This document shows, piece by piece, positions 51,801 through 58,345 of a stretch of DNA of 64,000 nt. This stretch comes from an uncultured Pirellulales bacterium. GTDB taxonomy: Bacteria; Planctomycetota; Phycisphaerae; Sedimentisphaerales; Anaerobacaceae. The translations under genes and the position numbers were made by a program. The notes beneath the pieces are model-generated. The model saw nothing but the letters and a program-made list of their open reading frames with translations. It was not told where the DNA came from and ran no database searches. Each line of letters starts with the position of its first letter. Positions within the stretch are counted from its first letter, which is position 1. The stretch is from assembly GCA_964517795.1 (NCBI GenBank), contig CAZFDE010000005.1, positions 3,701 to 67,700 on the forward strand, read 5' to 3'.

Positions 51801-52216
51801 TATTGAGAGAAGCATATTTTGAGAGTTCTAAAAAAGGAAAATATTATGCTCGACTCAAAGATATTTATGATTATTGGTATGTTAAATTGCCAGAAATCCA
51901 AAGTGATATTCCTTGGACATTCACATTGCTGCGGAGTTTAACTGAAAGTATTGAAGATTTTAGATTTCTCGGAAATGCTAAAGATGCTTATATCGCTCTA
52001 AACTCTAATAATCAAATTAAAACCCTACAAGATTTGATTCATATGTTACTGTACCAAGAATATGATGGTGCCGCGAAAAAAGATGATTTAGAAAAACAAT
52101 TGGTCAGTGAAGGTATTCTGAGGAAGCATTTGACACCAAACATGTTAAATGACTCAGACAAAATAGTTATTAACGGAAATAATGTAATTGCAAAAGAGCT
52201 AGTCCAAAATGTTTAA
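48809..52216 (+). CDS. 1135-aa multi-DNA-binding-module protein: RpoA-alphaCTD-like HhH modules (4-5), sigma-70 region-4 HTH, Cys-rich segment, HARE-HTH-like module, long uncharacterised C-terminus
   Basis: alphaCTD-like units: VNVRTQHCLRRLGVITLQGFLELTDEDVLGCKGAGQKVLSEIK, MSVRTQNILKRLEVNTTKELLFLTDQEIIHCKGAGYKVLSEIK, LPDWTSQYLKQMNIKTFGELLLTPGEEFLQLSGFGTNKLHELK and FPSRATKLFKNLKIRTIGELLLTPPQTFIDQDNVGIITIKQIREKIE. Sigma region 4: LTTRERKVILLRAGVFDSVNTLEQIAKHLRLTRERIRQIQSKAEKKL. HARE-HTH-like: LAVEQILKDSRKPLHFTEITSIYKDY...SIYGILGN..AVLWDRGTFIH. Confidence 0.7.
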   Translation: MSDFLEQSVDILKLGTKELHALRLLKVESIKDFIKLKLNSDLMPRGYGYFTYKSLQKTQKKLLKKQHILVQKTNRDKTQIFSEILNRVNVRTQHCLRRLGVITLQGFLELTDEDVLGCKGAGQKVLSEIKMIQNDYIHLRSFDSNSFLSTPANHEIFKNLPLFSSKPLPITDVELNSSYFPYLKVEQIQLPDWTSQYLKQMNIKTFGELLLTPGEEFLQLSGFGTNKLHELKQAAYLFLSCNIEQKGAKDKKEIFKDVIQTMSVRTQNILKRLEVNTTKELLFLTDQEIIHCKGAGYKVLSEIKLFQKKYRHLKSIPLVDCLRSPANKENIKFLPLFSNEPLAENNIDLHPSYLPIKKLSEIMFPSRATKLFKNLKIRTIGELLLTPPQTFIDQDNVGIITIKQIREKIENCILNNQNHINIFNKSFSSTDLLKNFTQTALTTRERKVILLRAGVFDSVNTLEQIAKHLRLTRERIRQIQSKAEKKLRHPSNIKLLNKLQNNIEQIIKYSGGRILLSELAKKLDYELSWDKPSKISVIDFIISLFGNMKTDNEIVYLDDFPCRYCNAAKDAIENKMRLSFEVNIKDISDKTKEFCSSQDCKLFDQEKTNFSCIFIKHYIANRPKLRKLYSCHNNLICKAELKCLKYGPKHLAVEQILKDSRKPLHFTEITSIYKDYRPEEKVSDQSIYGILGNLNKAVLWDRGTFIHYDYILFDTEFTDDVSDWLFLNLRNGLSFISISGAYSTFKKRCKKLNIKSEMALYSYLRLERPKKLFLNKYPFITRTNRKISVQDFLVDYVKARDGEIPLNELKEHLKTYGFKNHLGNMLRNVPSLLIADNNKIIHVDNLNITSPRFYKICKYAQSLLLNSNIISVQKVYKDKMISCKLLGINGPRLLFSCFQNFGQQFIITGRYPQLKSLDKKHLKGLGIRTEFEDYLKKHGTCSKEGLIEHFVEKMGYSEGSIEAAVYYLDDILLYTPNCYINRTNLGWSQKQYNKLLQILREAYFESSKKGKYYARLKDIYDYWYVKLPEIQSDIPWTFTLLRSLTESIEDFRFLGNAKDAYIALNSNNQIKTLQDLIHMLLYQEYDGAAKKDDLEKQLVSEGILRKHLTPNMLNDSDKIVINGNNVIAKELVQNV
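49046..50038 (+). repeat. Internal tandem duplication (about 155-aa unit, two copies) inside the 1135-aa gene
   Basis: Unit 1 is aa 80-233 and unit 2 is aa 254-410; they align collinearly (IFSEILNRVNVRTQ.. / IFKDVIQTMSVRTQ.., PANHEIFKNLPLFSSKPL / PANKENIKFLPLFSNEPL). Short stretches are near-identical at the nucleotide level, for example GTTTTATCTGAAATAAAA in both copies. Confidence 0.8.
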
Positions 52217-54320
52217 AAAGCTTAATTTACAACCTATTTACGATAGTTCGGAGCTAAGCATTATTAACGAACTTATAATTCCGCTTTTATCAAATTCCGT
52301 AGCATATCACAGAGGTGTCGGTTTTTTTACTTCTGGTTGGCTTCGATTGGCATCAAAAGGGTTGGCTAAATTAATAGAAAATGGTGGAACAGCAAAAATA
52401 GTAGTTTCACCATTATTATGTGAAGGGGATTGGAAAGCTTTGGTTTTGGGTGAAGAAGCTAAACACAATAAAGTACTAAAAGAAAAACTACATCTTAGTC
52501 TAGATGAGATAAGTAAAAATCTTGAAGCAAATACTCTCAGCACATTAGCATGGATGGTTGCGGATGAATTGGTTGAATTTAAATTTGCCATTGCAAAACA
52601 GGAGTTTGCTGGGGGTGATTACCATGATAAAGTTGGATTATTTCAAGACAACAATGGTGATGAAATAGCAATACATGGATCTTTCAATGATACACTGAAG
52701 GGCACATTAAATGGAGAAGCCTTTTCTGTATTTAAGTCTTGGGAAACAGGGCAAAATCCTTATGTAGTTAAACACAAACAACGTTTAATTAAGCTTTGGA
52801 ATAACAATAATGGTCAATTTATTGTTTATACCATTCCGGAAGCTATAAAAAAACAATTCATTCAGTACCGTACCCAAGAGCGGCCCTACATTCTTAAAAA
52901 TAAAAGTACTGCTGCTGTAGCTAAAATAGCTGATAATGCGATTAATCTCCGCTATTATCAAAAAAAAGCTATTCAAGAGTGGCTGTCTAATGAGCGTAAA
53001 GGTATTTTTGAGATGGCTACGGGAACAGGAAAAACATTTACTGCATTAGCAACAGCACAAAAAGCCTTTGAAATTGACAACATTCAAGCCTTGGTAGTCT
53101 TAGTTCCATACATACATCTTTTAGAACAATGGGCAGAGGAAACGGAAAAATTTGGATATGTGCCTGTATTATGTAGCGGTCAGCACAAACATTGGCCCAA
53201 AAAGGCTAGATCTAAAATTGAAGATTATAATCTTGGTAGCCTAAAAAAGATATGCCTTATTTCAGTTCACCATACAGCTTCCACTAATCGCTTTTTAAAA
53301 ACAGTTGGCAAACTTAAAAACCATTCAATGGTCGTTGCGGATGAAGTACATCGCTTAGGTTCCGGAGAATTAAAAAAAGCCCTTTATGAAAAGTACCAAT
53401 ATCGTTTGGGACTCTCAGCAACTCCTGAACGATGGTATGATGAAATTGGGACACAAGCGCTATTTAATTACTTTGAAGGTATATGTTACAGGTATGGCTT
53501 AAGCGAAGCCATAGAAAATAAATACCTCACACCTTATGATTATAATCCCATACTTGTTGAGTTAACGTCTGATGAATTAGACAAATATGAACAGCTTACC
53601 AATAAAATAATCTCACTGGCACCACAAGCCAAGGCTGATATTGAAGTTTCAGAAACGTTAAAAATTCTTTTGCTAAAAAGAACTGAATTAATTGCAAAAG
53701 CTGCACATAAATTACCAGTACTTATAAAATTGCTTAAAGGCATTATTTCAGAAACATATAGGGAACAGCAAGAAGCCTCACACATTTTAATTTATTGTGC
53801 TCCTGGCAAACATAGAGAAATCTTAAAGGCTGTTTCCGATATAGGCTTACGATGCCATGAGTTTGTGCACACCGTATCATTAAAAGATCGAAGAAAGGTA
53901 TTAACAGATTTTAAATCTGGTCATATACAAGTCTTGGTTGCCGTTAAGTGTCTGGACGAAGGTGTTGATGTGCCTGCAACACAATCAGCTTTTATTCTTG
54001 CCAGTAGCACTAACCCAATGGAATATGTTCAACGCCGAGGTAGGATATTAAGGCCATCTGAAGGAAAAAATAAAGCAAATATTTATGATTTCATTGTTAC
54101 ACCGTCTGCCAATAATATTATTGGAGATAAGTTTGCAGGGGTACTTAAACGTGAAATGCCCCGGTTTGTAGAATTTTCTTCTTTAGCAAAAAATAAATTT
54201 CAAGCAAGAAAAGTAGTGCGTGAAATGTTAGATAAGAATGGGCTATTAGATTTATTAGACAAATTTCCTTGGGATATTTACAGGGAAGCAAAAAAGGACA
54301 TGTTAAATGATTACGAATAA
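52209..54320 (+). CDS. PLD-family (single HKD) nuclease domain fused to an SF2 DEAD/DEAH (ResIII-type) helicase
   Basis: HKD motif: DYHDKVGLFQDNNGDEIAIHGSFNDT. Helicase motifs: I MATGTGKTF, II VVADEVHRLG, III LGLSATPER, VI QRRGRILR. It overlaps the upstream gene by 8 nt. Confidence 0.85.
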   Translation: MFKKLNLQPIYDSSELSIINELIIPLLSNSVAYHRGVGFFTSGWLRLASKGLAKLIENGGTAKIVVSPLLCEGDWKALVLGEEAKHNKVLKEKLHLSLDEISKNLEANTLSTLAWMVADELVEFKFAIAKQEFAGGDYHDKVGLFQDNNGDEIAIHGSFNDTLKGTLNGEAFSVFKSWETGQNPYVVKHKQRLIKLWNNNNGQFIVYTIPEAIKKQFIQYRTQERPYILKNKSTAAVAKIADNAINLRYYQKKAIQEWLSNERKGIFEMATGTGKTFTALATAQKAFEIDNIQALVVLVPYIHLLEQWAEETEKFGYVPVLCSGQHKHWPKKARSKIEDYNLGSLKKICLISVHHTASTNRFLKTVGKLKNHSMVVADEVHRLGSGELKKALYEKYQYRLGLSATPERWYDEIGTQALFNYFEGICYRYGLSEAIENKYLTPYDYNPILVELTSDELDKYEQLTNKIISLAPQAKADIEVSETLKILLLKRTELIAKAAHKLPVLIKLLKGIISETYREQQEASHILIYCAPGKHREILKAVSDIGLRCHEFVHTVSLKDRRKVLTDFKSGHIQVLVAVKCLDEGVDVPATQSAFILASSTNPMEYVQRRGRILRPSEGKNKANIYDFIVTPSANNIIGDKFAGVLKREMPRFVEFSSLAKNKFQARKVVREMLDKNGLLDLLDKFPWDIYREAKKDMLNDYE

Positions 54321-54339
54321 TATGAATAAGAGGTGATAC

Positions 54340-54510
54340 ATGGCAGAAATAAATGACTTGATAATTAAAAAACTCAAAGCTTATCCCAGGGATGTTCAGA
54401 AGATAGCAATAAAAGCTATTGAGTTATCTGAAAATCAACCAGAAATCACAGTTCGCGATAGGATTGAAGCTGAAATAAGAAGTATTGTCAAAATGGATGG
54501 ACAAAAATGA
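54340..54510 (+). CDS. 56-aa hypothetical protein (below the ORF-track cutoff)
   Basis: Translation: MAEINDLIIKKLKAYPRDVQKIAIKAIELSENQPEITVRDRIEAEIRSIVKMDGQK. AAGAGG RBS. Its stop overlaps the next start (ATGA). Confidence 0.6.
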   Translation: MAEINDLIIKKLKAYPRDVQKIAIKAIELSENQPEITVRDRIEAEIRSIVKMDGQK

Positions 54511-56552
54511 TACTTAAAGAAATAAAGTTTAAAAATTTTAGGCAGTTCAAGGATGAACAGAACATCAAATTTGCTTATAGTTCCGGTAAAAAAAATGTGA
54601 CGGTAATATTTGGGCAAAATGGGCGAGGTAAAACGGCTGTTTTTAGGGCTATCATGTTTTGCTTGTACGGAGACAGAAAACTTTCCCAAGACGGCGAAAC
54701 AGCTGAAAAAGAGATACATCTTGTTAATACAGCAGCCTTGGAAAATTCTAAAGGCAGCAACGAACCGGTAGAAACTTATGTACAGCTAGATTTCGAACAC
54801 AGAGGAATTAAATATTCGATCAAACGCACTCTTTTAGGAATAATTGAAGGAAATAGGGTCATCGAAGAGCTTGGAGAAATAACCCTTTATCAAACTGATG
54901 AAAAAGGAAATACTCGGCCAATACGTGATCCTAAAGACATAAATGAGGTTGTTAACAAAATACTCGACCAAAGAGTTCGTGAATACTTTTTATTTGATGG
55001 GGAAAAAATTGAGCGACTTACAAGGGCAAGTCAGGACCAGAAAAGAGAAATTTCTAAGGGCATTCGAAATCTTCTAAATATTGATTCTCTGCAAAAATCA
55101 ATAGGTGCTATAAAAAAAGTTCGAAAAAAGCTTGATACTGAGTTGGCAAATAATTCTTCAGGAGAATTGGCCAGAGTAATAAAAAAAATAAACGATAATA
55201 TTGACAAAAGAGATAAGCTCGAAAAAGAACTTGAAGAGTTAGGGCAAGAATATGATTTGGCGCGTTCCGAAAAAATCGATGTTGACAAAAAACTTGACGA
55301 ATATGGTGAGATTGCTGATTTAATAAGACAACGTAAAGAATTGGAGCGTGAGGAGAAGGAAAGGGAAAGTTCTTTGCATGAAAACAGCATAAACATGCGT
55401 ACTCGCATAGGCAAGGGATCATTTCTGTTAGTCAGTAATTTAGTTGACCGCGTTTACGAAGAAATCGAACAATGCAAAAAAAGGGGTGAAATACCATCAG
55501 AAATAAGGCGAGAACTTATAGAAAAAATATTAATAGAACAAAAATGTATTTGTGGCAGAAATATAAAACCTGACTCTGATGCTTTCCATAAAATTATAGA
55601 ATGGAAGAATAAAACCGCAGACATTACTCTTCAAGATATAATACTTGAGGTATGGAGACATCTAAGCACAATTCGCAGTAGAAAAGAAGATACTGGAGAA
55701 TCAATTGAAGCTGCACTTCAAAAATATGGTGTGGATAAAAATGAACTGGAAGAAGCAAGACGTAAAATACAAAACATCAGTGAAAAAATTGGCAGCGATG
55801 TTCGCCAGGATGCAGTTGGGTTAGAACAACATAGGAAGAATATAGAAGACAGTTTAGTAAAAATAGAAGCTAAACGCCAATTAATAGATTCTGAAATTAT
55901 CGCACTAAAAGAGGAATATCAGAGCTTAACCAAACAGCGTAAAGAATTCGAGAAGAAAGAAGGTTTGATCGGGGAATTGAATAGCCGAGCGGATTTGGCT
56001 TCACGATGTTACGATGCTCTTTTCGAAATATATAAAGAATTTACTGATGATGTTAAAATTAGCCTTGGCAAGGAAGCAACTCAAGTTTTAGAAAAACTAT
56101 TATCCGAACATGGTCATAAGAATTTGCGAGAAGTAAAAATAGCCAATGATTATTCTCTCCAAGTTGTGGATAAATGGGGCAAGCCTTTCCTGGCCAATAT
56201 TTCTGCTGGTGAACGGCAGATCATGTCAATATCCTTTATAACGGCTCTTGCTAAAGCTGCTTCAGGCGGTAATACTTTAGAAATGCCTTTATTTATGGAC
56301 ACCCCTTTTGGCCGCTTATCTTCTGACCACCGCCAAAATCTTATTGAAGTTATTCCAAATGAAACAACGCAATGGATACTTCTTGCTACAGATACAGAAT
56401 TTAGAAAACAAGAGGCTATACTTTTGAAGGATGGTGGAAGATGGGGTAGATTTTATACTTTAGAAACAAACAATGATGGAAGTACAAGAATCCAAGAACG
56501 TAAAATTCAGGAATCAATGCAATTATTAATTGATGAAATAGAGGATTATTGA
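54507..56552 (+). CDS. DndD-like SMC/ABC-type ATPase
   Basis: N-terminus: LKEIKFKNFRQFKDEQNIKF....VTVIFGQNGRGKTAVFRAIMFCLYGD. A long coiled-coil middle region. C-terminal SAGERQIMSISFITALAKA and the DndD-type signature LFMDTPFGRLSSDHRQNLIEVIP...QWILLATDTEF. Confidence 0.85.
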   Translation: MILKEIKFKNFRQFKDEQNIKFAYSSGKKNVTVIFGQNGRGKTAVFRAIMFCLYGDRKLSQDGETAEKEIHLVNTAALENSKGSNEPVETYVQLDFEHRGIKYSIKRTLLGIIEGNRVIEELGEITLYQTDEKGNTRPIRDPKDINEVVNKILDQRVREYFLFDGEKIERLTRASQDQKREISKGIRNLLNIDSLQKSIGAIKKVRKKLDTELANNSSGELARVIKKINDNIDKRDKLEKELEELGQEYDLARSEKIDVDKKLDEYGEIADLIRQRKELEREEKERESSLHENSINMRTRIGKGSFLLVSNLVDRVYEEIEQCKKRGEIPSEIRRELIEKILIEQKCICGRNIKPDSDAFHKIIEWKNKTADITLQDIILEVWRHLSTIRSRKEDTGESIEAALQKYGVDKNELEEARRKIQNISEKIGSDVRQDAVGLEQHRKNIEDSLVKIEAKRQLIDSEIIALKEEYQSLTKQRKEFEKKEGLIGELNSRADLASRCYDALFEIYKEFTDDVKISLGKEATQVLEKLLSEHGHKNLREVKIANDYSLQVVDKWGKPFLANISAGERQIMSISFITALAKAASGGNTLEMPLFMDTPFGRLSSDHRQNLIEVIPNETTQWILLATDTEFRKQEAILLKDGGRWGRFYTLETNNDGSTRIQERKIQESMQLLIDEIEDY

Positions 56553-56553
56553 T

Positions 56554-56991
56554 ATGAGCATGTCAACAGACTTGAGAGTAAAGGTAAATAAAGAATACTC
56601 GGATTTATATACGGATTGGAGAAACCTCTGTTCTGATATGCACGAGTTATTTTTCTTGTGTGTTTGTTTGGGTTACAATGCTCAAAAAAATACTCCTTTG
56701 GGAAGAAAAGGTGAACCGAAATTTTGGTCGGGTACAATAACTCCTGAAGAATGGAGTTGCTTTTATGCAATGCTTCTCAAAAAAAACCAAATGGATCCTA
56801 AGTCTGTTATGGATGACAAAATAGTTATGTCTGAAATGGAAGGCTTTGCTAATGCCGGAATGGAAATATTAATTGACGAACTTTTAACTGATTTTACTAT
56901 TGGAGACAGAAAAAACCTTAGAATTGATAGCAGTAGCTCAAAAGACTTGGCTAAAAGTATTTTGGCTTATATTAATGATTTAGCACAATAA
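56554..56991 (+). CDS. 145-aa hypothetical protein (possibly a small Dnd-associated/DndE-like helper; unverified)
   Basis: It is tightly coupled, with 1-nt gaps on both sides. The segment ELFFLCVCLGYNAQKNTPLGRKGEPKFW reminds me of small Dnd-associated proteins, but I cannot confirm this without an HMM search. Confidence 0.45.
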   Translation: MSMSTDLRVKVNKEYSDLYTDWRNLCSDMHELFFLCVCLGYNAQKNTPLGRKGEPKFWSGTITPEEWSCFYAMLLKKNQMDPKSVMDDKIVMSEMEGFANAGMEILIDELLTDFTIGDRKNLRIDSSSSKDLAKSILAYINDLAQ

Positions 56992-56992
56992 A

Positions 56993-58345
56993 ATGAGAAT
57001 ATTATTAGTTGAACCTGATTATAAAAATAAATACCCACCTTTGGGACTTATGAAACTTTCTGCTTTTCATAAGCGAATAGGAGATTTTGTAAAGTTTGTA
57101 AAAGGATGTGATAGAGAAATTGTCCAGGAAGAATGGGACAGAATTTATATAAGTACATTATTTACGTTCTATTGGAACAAAACTTTGCAAACCGTCAAAT
57201 ATTATGAGCGAAAAACAACTGATCCTAAAAAAATTTTTATCGGTGGCGTTTTAGCTACACTTCTTACTGAAGAGATTAAAAAAGAAACAAATGTCAATAT
57301 TGTTAGAGGCCTTATTACATCACCTCATGATATTGGCTTAAAAGGGTCGTATTGTATAGACCATATAATGCCGGATTACAGCATCTTAAGTGAAATCAAT
57401 TATAAGTATTCTACAGAAAATGCTTATATTGGCTACGCAACTCGTGGTTGCCCTAATAGATGCGATTTTTGCGCAGTAAAAAGCATAGAACCTAATTTTG
57501 AACATTATTTACCACTAAAAAAACAGATCAAGGGCGTAGAGGATATTTATGGTACTCGTAAAGACTTACTACTTCTTGATAATAATGTCCTGGCATCTAA
57601 TAAGTTTAAAACGATCATTGAAGACATAATTAGTTTGGGTTTTGGAAAAGGAGCCACGTTAAACGGCAAAAAACGATACGTTGATTTCAATCAAGGTATA
57701 GATGCTAGGAAATTTAGTAAAAAAAATGCTAAGCTACTGTCAAAAATAGCACTAAAACCTTTAAGATTAGCATTTGACAGCATCAAATATCGAAATATTT
57801 ATGAAAAGAGCGTTAGATTAGCAAGTGAATGGGGGATTTCTCATCTGTCAAATTATATTCTTTATAACTATACTGATACACCCGAAGATTTTTACCAAAG
57901 GCTTAAAATTAATATTCGACTAAACAGACAGCTTGGAACCAAAATATACTCATTTCCTATGAAATATATTCCTCTTGATTCAAAAAACAGGAGGTATATT
58001 GGCGAAAACTGGAATAGACAATATATTCGTGGGGTTCAATGCATTCTTTTAGCAACACATGGTATGGTGGGGCCTAATAATGAGTTTTTTAAAGCAGCGT
58101 TTGGTAGTTCTCAAGAAGAGTTTAAGAAAATAATTTCAATGCCAGAAAAATATATAATATACAGAGAAGCACATAAGAATAATGGAGCTCTGGATTGGAA
58201 GTTGCTTTACAATCGTTTATCACCTGGACAAAAAAGAACTTTTCATTCAAAACTCTTCTCAAAAAGAATTGATAAATTAGATGTGATTCGAGAAAGTAGC
58301 ATTAGACTTAAAAATATATACAGTCATTACACAGCCATCCCATAA
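56993..58345 (+). CDS. Radical SAM enzyme with an N-terminal B12-binding-like domain; last 4 codons and the stop are supplied by an IS end
   Basis: N-terminus MRILLVEPDYKNKYPPLGLMKLSAFHK, typical of B12-domain radical SAM proteins. CxxxCxxC cluster motif ATRGCPNRCDFCAV. Codons TAIP plus the stop (58331-58345) lie within the IS inverted repeat. Confidence 0.85.
   Translation: MRILLVEPDYKNKYPPLGLMKLSAFHKRIGDFVKFVKGCDREIVQEEWDRIYISTLFTFYWNKTLQTVKYYERKTTDPKKIFIGGVLATLLTEEIKKETNVNIVRGLITSPHDIGLKGSYCIDHIMPDYSILSEINYKYSTENAYIGYATRGCPNRCDFCAVKSIEPNFEHYLPLKKQIKGVEDIYGTRKDLLLLDNNVLASNKFKTIIEDIISLGFGKGATLNGKKRYVDFNQGIDARKFSKKNAKLLSKIALKPLRLAFDSIKYRNIYEKSVRLASEWGISHLSNYILYNYTDTPEDFYQRLKINIRLNRQLGTKIYSFPMKYIPLDSKNRRYIGENWNRQYIRGVQCILLATHGMVGPNNEFFKAAFGSSQEEFKKIISMPEKYIIYREAHKNNGALDWKLLYNRLSPGQKRTFHSKLFSKRIDKLDVIRESSIRLKNIYSHYTAIP

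Noticed and set aside
48631-58345. Calling the operon a canonical Dnd or Ssp phosphorothioation system because of the DndD-like ATPase.
   Set aside because: There is no DndA/IscS, DndC, DndB, SspA/B/D, DndFGH or SspE-like gene in the operon or nearby. Only the ATPase, and possibly a small helper, resemble Dnd components.
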